Assembly (NCBI GenBank): GCA_049700215.1
Contig: JBNAVT010000023.1
Span: 1 to 32,498 of the forward strand
DNA: 32,498 nt
Source of the DNA: Thermoproteota archaeon
GTDB lineage: Archaea; Thermoproteota; EX4484-205; JAAOZP01
Reading direction: 5' to 3'
Positions 17,799-26,886 of this stretch are shown piece after piece. Numbering within the stretch: the stretch's first letter is position 1; every line of letters begins with the position of its first letter. The translations under genes and the position numbers were made by a program. The notes beneath the pieces are model-generated. The model saw only the letters and a list, made by a program, of their open reading frames with translations, was not told the DNA's origin and did not search any database.

Positions 17799-18824
17799 AT
17801 GAGAGTAGGAGTATTGACAGGTGGGGGAGACGCACCCGGGTTAAACGCAGTAATTCGTGCCATTTTGAAGCGTGCTGAGCAGTATGGTTTCGAAGTTGTT
17901 GGCGTCAGATATGGCTGGGCTGGTTTGTTAAACATGGATACTGTGCCGTTGAAGTATAGCGATTTTGAGGATAAGGTTGGTGAAGCGGGGACTGCGATTA
18001 AAACCTCGAGGACGAATCCTGCTAAGGATGAGGCGACGATGAACAGGTGTATTGAGAATTTTAAGAGGCTTGGTCTCGACGCGCTTATCGCTATCGGTGG
18101 CGACGATACTCTTACTGCTGCAAGGAAGCTTCACGAGGCGGGTTTGAAGGTGATCGGGGTTCCTAAGACTATTGATAATGATCTTAAGGGTACAGACTAT
18201 ACTTTCGGCTTCGACACTGCGGTTAACGCTGCGATGCAGGCTATTGAATCTTTGAAGACCACAGCTAGGTCGCACGACAGAGTGATGGTTGTAGAGATTA
18301 TGGGTAGGCACGCGGGCTGGATAGCGCTCTACTCTGGGCTTGCTGCCGGCGCCGACTTGATTCTGATTCCTGAGGAGCCTTTCAAGGTAAGCGACGTGGT
18401 GGAGTTTGTTAAGAGAAAGAAGCCTGAGAAGGGTAGTTTGACGATTGTCGTCGCGGAGGGTGCTCTAATAGAGGACTATAAGGGTCCGATAACTAAGGAT
18501 GTTAAAGTTGACCAGTATGGGCACGTGTACCTGGGCGGGATAGGAGAGTTCCTGGCTAAGGAGATTGAGAGGGCAACAGGGTTTGAGACTAGGGCTGTTG
18601 TCCCGGCGCACATTATAAGGGGCATGTCTCCAACGGCTTTCGACAGGGTTCTGGCCACTAGGCTTGGCTACGCTGCTGTGGAGCTTGTCAGGAAGGGTGT
18701 TTTCGGGAAGATGGTTGCGCTGAGGGGCACTGAGATTGTAAGCGTAGACATTTCCGAGGCTGTTGCCGAGACGAAGCTCGTCGACAAGTCTCTGATAGAG
18801 CTTAAGAACTCGCTGACGTCTTAA
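17799..18824 (+). CDS. pfp: PfkA-family phosphofructokinase, pyrophosphate-dependent signature
   Basis: GGGDAPGLN, GGDDT, PKTIDND, GFDTA and MGRHAG motifs. Asp and Lys at the E. coli 104/124-equivalent positions. Confidence 0.88.
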   Translation: MRVGVLTGGGDAPGLNAVIRAILKRAEQYGFEVVGVRYGWAGLLNMDTVPLKYSDFEDKVGEAGTAIKTSRTNPAKDEATMNRCIENFKRLGLDALIAIGGDDTLTAARKLHEAGLKVIGVPKTIDNDLKGTDYTFGFDTAVNAAMQAIESLKTTARSHDRVMVVEIMGRHAGWIALYSGLAAGADLILIPEEPFKVSDVVEFVKRKKPEKGSLTIVVAEGALIEDYKGPITKDVKVDQYGHVYLGGIGEFLAKEIERATGFETRAVVPAHIIRGMSPTAFDRVLATRLGYAAVELVRKGVFGKMVALRGTEIVSVDISEAVAETKLVDKSLIELKNSLTS

Positions 18825-18840
18825 CTATGTTTAAAGCTTC

Positions 18841-18868
18841 TTTGCACTCCTAGTTTTGCACTCCTAGT
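18841..18868. repeat. Perfect 14-bp tandem duplication between convergent genes
   Basis: TTTGCACTCCTAGT at 18841-18854 and 18855-18868. Confidence 0.9.
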
Positions 18869-18898
18869 CGTTTCACTTTTCAACGACCTTTCCATTGA

Positions 18899-20161
18899 TT
18901 AATCTAAATGTCTCAAAGGCTTCCAGTAGAAGTTTCTCTCGTTGAAGGAAGCGTCTAGCTTTATTTCCCCCAGCTTAACCGTGTCGAACCCTGTTGTCAA
19001 AGGCGTTTTAACAGTCACCTCGCCGCCGCTTAAAGACTCTATTATGCCGACTCCAATAATCCTGCTGTCCCTCCCCAAGCCCACTAGGAGCCCCTTCTCC
19101 CAATCCTCGCCAAGTATGACGACCCTTTTCCCGCTGAGGTTGAGCGTAACAGGCTCCTCAGTCTCACCCCTAATCCTTACGTAGAGCGTGCCCATGTACA
19201 GCCTTGTTTCCAAGGCTTCGAAGCCAAGCCCACCGAGCTCCCCGGGTGCTTGAGCAGCCTCACCCTTCAGAAAAGGGTGGTTCAGGAAAACGGTTTCGCT
19301 CAAAAGCTTCTTAACCAGCCTGGGCCTTGCAAAATGCCTCCTGTAATTCAGCATCCTGAGCGTTCTCCTGTGCATCCTACTCCTCCTCTTCACGTAGCAG
19401 GACTTCTCAACCTGAATCATTCTGGCGCCTGGGTCAACCGTCTTGGTGAACACCAGGGCTTTCTCACCCTCGAGCAGCGACACTACGAAGCTCGGCTTAA
19501 CGGCACGAATAAGCTCGGCTTTAAAACCCAGGCCTTTAGAGTCAGCCCAGCCATCCGTGTTCAAAACTATTTTCTCAACCCCCCTTTCCCTAAGCCTCTT
19601 GAGCACTGTGGAAACAGCCTCCTTCAACTCTTCAACCCCCGACTCCGGGGCTGTAAAGCCTACGAACTCTATGACTTCAGGCTTAACCTGGCTCAGGTCG
19701 CTTAAACCCTTGTTCACCACCCCCGCGCTAACTGTACCGGGTATGCCGAGATCGTTCTGACCCGGGTCAGAGTCGACGATCCCAACCTCGCCGTGAAAGT
19801 TGAGATAGTAGTTAACCAGGAAGGTTGCAAGACTCGTCTTACCGGAGTCAGTCTCGCCGACTACTATAACAACCCCCTTCTCCTCGGCAGCAGTCTTCTC
19901 AGCAGCTTCAACCCAGCTGGCCGGTATCGTTGAGCCGTCTATAACACGGTAGTTGCCGCCGTCAACGACGAGGCTCGCCTCAGACTGCTCAGCGTAGAAA
20001 GGCGTTCGCCTGAAGCCCCGGACCTTCACCAAGCTTCCCTCTGCAAACACAGCCCCCATCACGTTAACAATGCCGCTTGCCACCTGCACCGTGGCCGGCC
20101 CATCTACCAGGAGGGTTTTCCCGATCCTAAGGCTGACTCTATGCCTCATAATCCTTTCCAC
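18899..20161 (-). CDS. Clp1/Grc3/Nol9-family polynucleotide 5'-hydroxyl kinase
   Basis: Walker A GETDSGKT, DSDPGQ, PGTVS, NTDGW and the Arg-rich lid RSRMHRRTLR. Start is GTG 20161 or ATG 20149. Confidence 0.88.
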   Translation of the reverse strand: MERIMRHRVSLRIGKTLLVDGPATVQVASGIVNVMGAVFAEGSLVKVRGFRRTPFYAEQSEASLVVDGGNYRVIDGSTIPASWVEAAEKTAAEEKGVVIVVGETDSGKTSLATFLVNYYLNFHGEVGIVDSDPGQNDLGIPGTVSAGVVNKGLSDLSQVKPEVIEFVGFTAPESGVEELKEAVSTVLKRLRERGVEKIVLNTDGWADSKGLGFKAELIRAVKPSFVVSLLEGEKALVFTKTVDPGARMIQVEKSCYVKRRSRMHRRTLRMLNYRRHFARPRLVKKLLSETVFLNHPFLKGEAAQAPGELGGLGFEALETRLYMGTLYVRIRGETEEPVTLNLSGKRVVILGEDWEKGLLVGLGRDSRIIGVGIIESLSGGEVTVKTPLTTGFDTVKLGEIKLDASFNERNFYWKPLRHLD

Positions 20162-20260
20162 CTTTCCAGCGTCTTAAACCGTTGAGGATGATTATTTATG
20201 TTTAAACGCCGAGTGACCATGGGAAACTTTTTAAAGACCGTTTGCCTCAAGCCCAAGTAA

Positions 20261-21514
20261 TTGTCGGAGAAAAGTCTCGCGGAAGAGGTTTTCGCAATAG
20301 TTAGGGAACATCATGTTTTCAGAAGCTCCTCCCTGAACCTTATCGCCAGCGAAAACGTTACTAGCATGGGGGTTAGGAGGCTTTTAACCTGCGACATGGG
20401 GCATAGGTACGCCGTAGGATTCCTGTACGAGAGAATGTACAGGGGCTGCGAGTACATAGATAAGCTCGAAGAGTTGACTCACTTCCTAGCTAGGAAACTA
20501 TTCAGGGTTGAGCATGTTAACACGCTGCCGGTCTCAGGGACTGTTGCAAACATCGTCGCCATAGGTGCTTTCACTAGGCCCGGGGACACCATGATGGGTT
20601 TGAGCGTGATCGACGGGGGCCACAGCAGTTTCAGAGAGGTCTCCAGATACCATGGGGTAAGCATGGTCCCACTCCCGTTTAACGCTGAAGAGTACAATAT
20701 TGACGTCGACCAGTCTAGGAAGATGATTGCGAAAGTCGTGCCGAAGATGGTGATGCTAGGAGCCTCTGAACTCCTGTTCCCCCAGCCGGTTAAAGAGATT
20801 TCCGAGTCTGCCTCAAACGTCGGCGCGACCGTTGTCTACGATGCTGCTCACGTCCTGGGCCTGGTGGCTGGAGGCTGTTTTCAAGACCCGTTGAGAGAGG
20901 GGGCGGAAGTCGTGACTGGAAGCACTCATAAAACCTTCTTCGGCTCCCAGAGAGGCATAATCCTTTGTAAAAGACAGTATGGCGAAGACATAGACAGGGT
21001 TGCTCTGAGCATGATAAACAACCACCACATAAACAGGGTGGCGGCCCTAGCGTACACGCTTGCAGAGTTCCTAGCTTTCGGACAGGAGTATTCTAGAATG
21101 GTTGTGAGCAACGCCCAAGCTCTAGCCGAGTCGCTTTACAACAACGGGGTTAACGTTATATGTGCAGACAAGGGTTTCACCAAGTCGCATCAAGTAATAT
21201 TCAGGGTTAAAGAGGGCACTGCCTTAGAGGTTTCTAAAAACCTTGAGAAGGCAAACATAATAACCAGCATGACTCCTCTTCCAACAGACAAGTCTGAAGC
21301 AATGGCGAGTGGTATAAGGCTCGGAGTGCAGGAGGTCACGCGGCTTGGAATGGGCAGGGACGAGATGGCTCTCATAGGAGGCTTAATAGCAAGGGTTGTG
21401 AAATCCCCGGATTCAGCCAGCGATGTTAAAGAGGAGGTTAGGGAACTGGCAGGCAGGTTTAGAAACATACATTATACTTTCAGCAACAGCGAGCCCGCTT
21501 ACGAGTGGGGCTAG
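20261..21514 (+). CDS. glyA: Serine hydroxymethyltransferase-family PLP enzyme (divergent; see findings)
   Basis: LNLIASEN, SGTVAN, GGHSS, DAAH, STHKT (PLP Lys) and IRLG motifs. YAEG is changed to YAVG and NKN to SMT, so true GlyA activity is uncertain. Confidence 0.8.
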   Translation: MSEKSLAEEVFAIVREHHVFRSSSLNLIASENVTSMGVRRLLTCDMGHRYAVGFLYERMYRGCEYIDKLEELTHFLARKLFRVEHVNTLPVSGTVANIVAIGAFTRPGDTMMGLSVIDGGHSSFREVSRYHGVSMVPLPFNAEEYNIDVDQSRKMIAKVVPKMVMLGASELLFPQPVKEISESASNVGATVVYDAAHVLGLVAGGCFQDPLREGAEVVTGSTHKTFFGSQRGIILCKRQYGEDIDRVALSMINNHHINRVAALAYTLAEFLAFGQEYSRMVVSNAQALAESLYNNGVNVICADKGFTKSHQVIFRVKEGTALEVSKNLEKANIITSMTPLPTDKSEAMASGIRLGVQEVTRLGMGRDEMALIGGLIARVVKSPDSASDVKEEVRELAGRFRNIHYTFSNSEPAYEWG

Positions 21515-21599
21515 GAGGAAACCTCTACAATACGGTATACATACTTAAAACAAGTCTTGCAGACAGAATTTTTAAAAGTTGAAAACCGTAGATGTTTTA

Positions 21600-22841
21600 T
21601 TAAGCCCCAGGCTTTTTCGCAACGGGCTTTAACCCGGCGAGCGTAACAGTGGAGCCGACGACTGTTAATACTGCAGCCACCGGGAGCACAGACAAGTATG
21701 TTCCAGTAATGTCTCTTAGAAAACCCGACATGAATGTGCCTGCTATAGCTCCGGCTCCGTAGGCTGTAAACACGAGCCCATAGTTCTCTGAGTAATATTT
21801 GGCCCCGAAAAATATTTTCGTTGCCGTGGGTGCCATCGCCAGCCATCCGCCTAGGTTCAGCCAAAGCACGCTGAAGAAAACTAGGTATACTAACGGGTTT
21901 CCCTCGCCGAATAGGTACAGGGTGATGGAGGAGGCGAAAACCATTGTGAAAGACAGTAGCGCGCTTCTCCTAGGGCCAAGCCTGTCAGTGACCACTCCGA
22001 AAACCGGCCTGCCGGCACCGTTGAAAACCGAGAACAATGATATTGAGAACGCTGCCAAAGTAGCGTCAAGCCTAGCAACCTCGATTCCGAACGGCGAGGC
22101 TATTCCAACAGCCATGAGGCCAGCTAGGCAGCCAACCATGTATGAGAACCATAACGCGTAGAAGCTTGTGGTCCTAACCATCTGGCTCACCCTCAGGTCG
22201 CCGCCAGACTGCGTGCCGACTGCCTGCGTGGAGCCGGTGGCGGAGGCAGCGCCCTCTTTCGACGGGAATCTCAGGAGCAGGGAGAGAGTGGTAAGCAGTA
22301 CTAGGAAAACAGCTCCAGAGTAAAGGAAGGCTTGTAGGGGGCCGACTGTTTTTATAAGGCTGGTTAGGACAGGGGCCATTAAGAGGCCGGAAAGCCCGAA
22401 GCCCATTACAGTCAAACCTATGGCTAAGCCGCTTCTCCCGGGGAACCATGCTGCGGTCACTGCTATGGGGCAGCCGTAAGCAATGCCGACGCCGGCTCCG
22501 CCCACTACCCCGTAGAGTATCGTCAGAACCTCTATGTTCGGGGAGAGACTCGCCCCCATCCAACCGGCGGCTACCAGAATGCTCCCCAGAAGACTTGTTT
22601 TCCTCGGCCCCCATTTACGGATTAAACCGCCTGCAACAGCCATCATTAACGCGAAAACAGCCAGGAAAACCATGAAGGGTAAGCCGCTCTGCGTAGCACT
22701 GATCCCCCAAAGGTCTTCCAAGGGTTTCCTGAAGACGCTGAAAGAATAGATTGCTCCCAGACACAGGTTTACCAGAAACCCGGTTGCAACAAGGAGCCAT
22801 CCTGCTCCCTCCGAGCCACCGGCTTTCTTCGAACTGCCCAT
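21600..22841 (-). CDS. MFS transporter, oxalate/formate antiporter (OFA) family
   Basis: About 12 hydrophobic segments; GAIYSFSVF, WFPGRSGLAIG, FNGAGRPVFG..TDRLG and NYGLVFTAYG motifs. Confidence 0.9.
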   Translation of the reverse strand: MGSSKKAGGSEGAGWLLVATGFLVNLCLGAIYSFSVFRKPLEDLWGISATQSGLPFMVFLAVFALMMAVAGGLIRKWGPRKTSLLGSILVAAGWMGASLSPNIEVLTILYGVVGGAGVGIAYGCPIAVTAAWFPGRSGLAIGLTVMGFGLSGLLMAPVLTSLIKTVGPLQAFLYSGAVFLVLLTTLSLLLRFPSKEGAASATGSTQAVGTQSGGDLRVSQMVRTTSFYALWFSYMVGCLAGLMAVGIASPFGIEVARLDATLAAFSISLFSVFNGAGRPVFGVVTDRLGPRRSALLSFTMVFASSITLYLFGEGNPLVYLVFFSVLWLNLGGWLAMAPTATKIFFGAKYYSENYGLVFTAYGAGAIAGTFMSGFLRDITGTYLSVLPVAAVLTVVGSTVTLAGLKPVAKKPGA

Positions 22842-22870
22842 CTATCCTCTTCCTTCCGGAGGGGATGCTC

Positions 22871-24907
22871 CTATGTTCTCCTCTGGAGAACCTCTTGGAT
22901 CATCCTGTATGCTTCCGTAGCCTCCTTCACAGCAGCATCGTCTTCCAGCGTTGTAACGTCTCCCAACGGCCTGTTGGAGACCACTGCTCTGAGAAGCCGC
23001 CTCATTATCTTGCCGCTCCTGGTTTTAGGAACAGCGTTGATGAAGACTATGACCGCGTCTGAAGCAACGAGAGGGCCGATTGTTGTTCTCAGATGCATCT
23101 TCAACTCTTTCTCAAGCTCAGGCGTGCCAGTGTAACCGTGCTTCAGAACCGTGAATATCATCGGGACCTCGCCCTTAAGTTCATCAGGCTTCCCGACGCA
23201 CGCGGCTTCTGAAACCGCCGGATGCATAACCATCGCCGACTCAACCTCAGCCGTCCCTATCCTGTGGCCGGCAACCTTGATGACGTCGTCAGCCCTGCCG
23301 AGGATCCAGAAATACCCATCAGGGTCCTTAACAGCGTAGTCACCAGTCCAGAAGCAGCCTTCCCACCTTTTCCAGTATACCTCGACATACCTTTTCGGAT
23401 CCTTGTAGAGTGTCATGAGCATACCCGGCCAAGGCGTCTTTAAAACGAAGTAGCCCCTTACGCCGGGAGGACACGGGTTTCCATCCTCGTCTATAACGTC
23501 TGCCTTCACCCCTGGAATCGTGTACCCATTTGTCCCGGGTTTAAGCGGGAAGATTCTTCCAAGCCCTGGGAAGTGGCCCGTAAGCATGTGTCCGGTCTCA
23601 GTCATCCACCAGGTGCTTGAGCAGACCACATTACTTTTGCAAACCTTCGTGTAGAGCCACCTGAAGGCCTCAGGGTTTATTGGTTCTCCGACGGTGTGCA
23701 CAATCCTGAGGGTGGACAAGTCGTGCCTACTCACATACTCCTCTGGAAACCTCATCAGCATCCTAACAGCGGTTGGAGCAGTGTAGAAAATAGTGACCCC
23801 GTAATGCTCTATTATGCTCCACCATCTGTCTGGAGCCGGGTAGTCGGGAGCACCCTCATACATTATGGTCGTGGTTCCAACCATGAGCGGCCCGTAAACT
23901 ATGTAGGAGTGCCCAGTCACCCAACCTATGTCAGCGGTGCACCAGTAGATATCGTCCTCCCTAACGTCGAAAATCATTTTCATTGTCGCATAGAGGCCGA
24001 CGGCGTAGCCACCTATAGGGGACTGAGTACCCTTAGGAGCACCGGTTGTACCGGAAGTGTAGAGAACGTAAGAGAAGTCGTCAGACGGACAGGGCACTGC
24101 CTCAACCCTAGCGTTCTCAGGAACGCCGGCGATCAACTCATGGTGCCAAACATCCCTTTTCTCGTTGAAGGGAATGTCTGTCCTATCTGTCCTCCTGACG
24201 ACGATGACCTTATCAATCCTGTAGCCCCTGCCCTCCAGTATTTTGACAGCCTCATCCACAATCTCCTTCAGCTTCACTATCTTCCCTCTCCTATAGAGGC
24301 CGTCGGCAGTAACTATTATCCTGGAGCCGGCTGCCTCAACCCTGTCTGCCACGGCGACAGCGCTGAACCCGCTGTAGACTATGCTGTGCTTAGCACCTAT
24401 CCTTTGAACAGCAAGCATGTATAACGGGAGCTCAGGGACCATTGGCAGGTAGAAAGTTAATATTTCGCCTTTATCCACGTTCAGCCTCTGCTTGAGGGCT
24501 AGGGCAATCTTGTTGGAAGCCCTGTACAAATCGTAATACGTGAACTTCCTGACTTCTTTCGGGGTTCCCGTAGCCTCGTCAACGGGCTCACCCTCCCATA
24601 TTAAGGCAAGCTTGTTCTTCCTACCGCTTTGAATCTGCCAATCCGTGCAAAGGTATGCTAGGTTCGTCTCACCGCCTACGAACCACCTGTAGAAGGGCGG
24701 GTTGCTATCATCCAGAACCTTCTCCCACTTTCTAGTCCAAGGCAGTTGCTCAGCCCACTTGCTCCACCATTTTTCAACAGCCGCCTTATCCTTAACCGTT
24801 TCCTCATGGAACCTTTTAAAATCCTCAGGGTCCCAAACCCTGTCCCTCCACGAGGGAGGAACTATATACTCTTTAAACTCTCTGTAGATTTCTGATTTTT
24901 CTCCCAT
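22871..24907 (-). CDS. acs: AMP-forming acetyl-CoA synthetase
   Basis: YTSGTTGAPKG, WCTADIGWVTGHSY, TWWMTETG and PKTRSGKIMRR motifs. ATG 24907 has a GAGGAG RBS; the ORF-track GTG at 24985 is probably too long. Confidence 0.95.
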   Translation of the reverse strand: MGEKSEIYREFKEYIVPPSWRDRVWDPEDFKRFHEETVKDKAAVEKWWSKWAEQLPWTRKWEKVLDDSNPPFYRWFVGGETNLAYLCTDWQIQSGRKNKLALIWEGEPVDEATGTPKEVRKFTYYDLYRASNKIALALKQRLNVDKGEILTFYLPMVPELPLYMLAVQRIGAKHSIVYSGFSAVAVADRVEAAGSRIIVTADGLYRRGKIVKLKEIVDEAVKILEGRGYRIDKVIVVRRTDRTDIPFNEKRDVWHHELIAGVPENARVEAVPCPSDDFSYVLYTSGTTGAPKGTQSPIGGYAVGLYATMKMIFDVREDDIYWCTADIGWVTGHSYIVYGPLMVGTTTIMYEGAPDYPAPDRWWSIIEHYGVTIFYTAPTAVRMLMRFPEEYVSRHDLSTLRIVHTVGEPINPEAFRWLYTKVCKSNVVCSSTWWMTETGHMLTGHFPGLGRIFPLKPGTNGYTIPGVKADVIDEDGNPCPPGVRGYFVLKTPWPGMLMTLYKDPKRYVEVYWKRWEGCFWTGDYAVKDPDGYFWILGRADDVIKVAGHRIGTAEVESAMVMHPAVSEAACVGKPDELKGEVPMIFTVLKHGYTGTPELEKELKMHLRTTIGPLVASDAVIVFINAVPKTRSGKIMRRLLRAVVSNRPLGDVTTLEDDAAVKEATEAYRMIQEVLQRRT

Positions 24908-25107
24908 GTCTCCTCGGCCACACGATTTAATCCGACGCTTTTTAAATGTTTCTTCCAAAAACATGTAACTCACAGGCTTCAACACGGCTAGGCTTCAGCC
25001 TCCCAGGTTTCTCCGTTGAAAAAGCTTAAACCCTCGGATCCTCCACGCATGCTCAAGAAGGGGGAAGAGCTTAAAAAGAACCCTAGCGGTGTTCTAACGG
25101 ATGCAAA

Positions 25108-26325
25108 ATGGCTTTAAGATTCAAGACGCTTGATGATTTCGATTTCAACGGGAGAACCGTAATCCTCAGGGTTGACATAAACTCTCCGTTGGACCCTCAA
25201 ACACTGGAGATAATCGACGACTCTAGGATAAGGGAGCACTCTGAAACCATTAGGGAGCTCCTTAGGAGGAACGCGAAGGTGGTGATTCTCGGCCACCAAG
25301 GCAGGAAGGGCGATCCTGATTTCACGGATTTCAGCAGGCATTACAGAGTCATGTTAAAATATGTTCCAAACCTCAAATACGTTAACGATATCATAGGTTT
25401 GAACGCTGTCAACGCTATAAGGGGGCTGAAGCCAGGGGAGGCGCTACTGCTTGAAAACGTCAGGATGCTGGATGAGGAGACTGAGACTAAGACTGCTGAG
25501 GAGCACGCGAGGGGAACGCTAGTCTCGACACTAGCCCCATTTGCAGACTTTTTCGTTAACGATGCTTTCTCAGCATCTCACAGGGCTCACGCGTCAGTAA
25601 TAGGGTTCGCAGCAGTACTGCCCTCTGCAGCCGGCAGGGTTATGGAGAGGGAGTTGAGAGCCCTCGAGAAGGTTGTTGACAACCCTTCTAAACCATGCAT
25701 CTACGTTTTAGGAGGGGCTAAGGCGAAGGAGACTTTTAAAGTGGTTGAGAACGTTCTTGACAAGGGTATTGCAGACAAGGTTCTACTGGGAGGAATGATT
25801 GCGCAAGTATTCCATGAGGCTGCAGGCTTCAGGCTTGGAAGCATTAATACCAAGCTCATAGAGGAGAAGGGCTTAGGCAAGTTCCGGGAGACGGCTTCAA
25901 AAATCCTGGGCAAGCATTCTCAAAACATAATGCTTCCATACGATTACGCTGTCGACGTTGACGGCGAGAGGGTTGAATACATGGTTTCCCAGCTGCCGGT
26001 TGAACACCCGTTGAAGGACATAGGGACTGAAACGATAAGGGTTTTCTCCAGAGAGCTGCAGAAGGCCAACACAATCGTCTTCAACGGTCCTGTCGGGGTC
26101 TTCGAGGAAGATGCTTTCGCGAAAGGCACCTTGGAGCTATACAGGGCAGCGGCTTCTTCAAAGGCTTTCAGCGTCGTTGGTGGGGGTCACTCAATTTCGG
26201 CGCTTGAAAAAGCAGGAGTATACGGTAAGATTGGTTTCGTAAGCACTGCTGGAGGAGCCTTAATAAGCTATCTGTCTGGGGAGAAGCTTCCAGGGGTTGA
26301 AGCATTAAAGACTCCAAAAGCCTAA
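25108..26325 (+). CDS. pgk: Phosphoglycerate kinase
   Basis: LRVDINSP, HQGR, LLENVR, NDAFSASHRAHAS, GGAK, NGPVGVFE and GGGH motifs. Confidence 0.97.
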   Translation: MALRFKTLDDFDFNGRTVILRVDINSPLDPQTLEIIDDSRIREHSETIRELLRRNAKVVILGHQGRKGDPDFTDFSRHYRVMLKYVPNLKYVNDIIGLNAVNAIRGLKPGEALLLENVRMLDEETETKTAEEHARGTLVSTLAPFADFFVNDAFSASHRAHASVIGFAAVLPSAAGRVMERELRALEKVVDNPSKPCIYVLGGAKAKETFKVVENVLDKGIADKVLLGGMIAQVFHEAAGFRLGSINTKLIEEKGLGKFRETASKILGKHSQNIMLPYDYAVDVDGERVEYMVSQLPVEHPLKDIGTETIRVFSRELQKANTIVFNGPVGVFEEDAFAKGTLELYRAAASSKAFSVVGGGHSISALEKAGVYGKIGFVSTAGGALISYLSGEKLPGVEALKTPKA

Positions 26326-26398
26326 AGATAGAATCACCCCTCTTAGACGAAAAGGCTTGAAAACGAGAACAGTTAAAACAGTTGGTTGAGAACAGGGT

Positions 26399-26515
26399 CT
26401 ACTTGAAGCAAAGCCTTACGTAACGGTACTCCCTAGCGGGAAGGTCTGCGCGAAGATCCTTCGCAATCTCCTCCCAGTCAATCTTCTTCTCCAAACTCTT
26501 TTTCCTCAAAGCCAT
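26399..26515 (-). CDS. Unannotated 38-aa small protein MALRKKSLEKKIDWEEIAKDLRADLPAREYRYVRLCFK
   Basis: ATG 26515 with GGAGGTGA RBS (26530-26523), TTTAAATA TATA box at 26561-26554, TAG at 26399 and T-rich tracts downstream. Confidence 0.7.
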   Translation of the reverse strand: MALRKKSLEKKIDWEEIAKDLRADLPAREYRYVRLCFK

Positions 26516-26594
26516 CTTTCTTTCACCTCCAATAATGCGAAAATAGAGGTAAGTATTTAAAGCCGGCTCGCATTTCAAGCTTACAACCCGTAGT

Positions 26595-26622
26595 CCCTAC
26601 ATTGTGAACACATTATGTAGGG
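26595..26622. promoter_or_regulatory. Imperfect palindrome upstream of the small-ORF TATA box
   Basis: CCCTACAT-TGTG-AA-CACA-TT-ATGTAGGG. Confidence 0.5.
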
Positions 26623-26886
26623 TTCAACCACCTTATTCGTGATACATGATATAAGGTGTTCAGCAATTTAGAGTTTTAAAGGAATTCAGAGATAGTTCGA
26701 CACTGGACAGAATCGTTAGAAGGATTGCCCTCAACATATGGATCAGCTAGCCAACGCTAACGAATCGCTGGAAGGAAAGACCCAAGATAGTTAGCGCGCG
26801 CTAAACAATGAGTTTAAGCCTATGTTCTCGGTTGCCTGGTTACAAGGGTTCTCTAAGTTTCTCCGAGAAACAGGGCTTTCCTAGGA

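Noticed and set aside
26658-26750. Plus-strand peptide VQQFRVLKEFRDSSTLDRIVRRIALNIWIS resembling the PDxSTL.R motif of IS5-like transposases
   Set aside because: Only a few residues match; no start, no DDE domain and no terminal repeats. Not supportable without a profile search.
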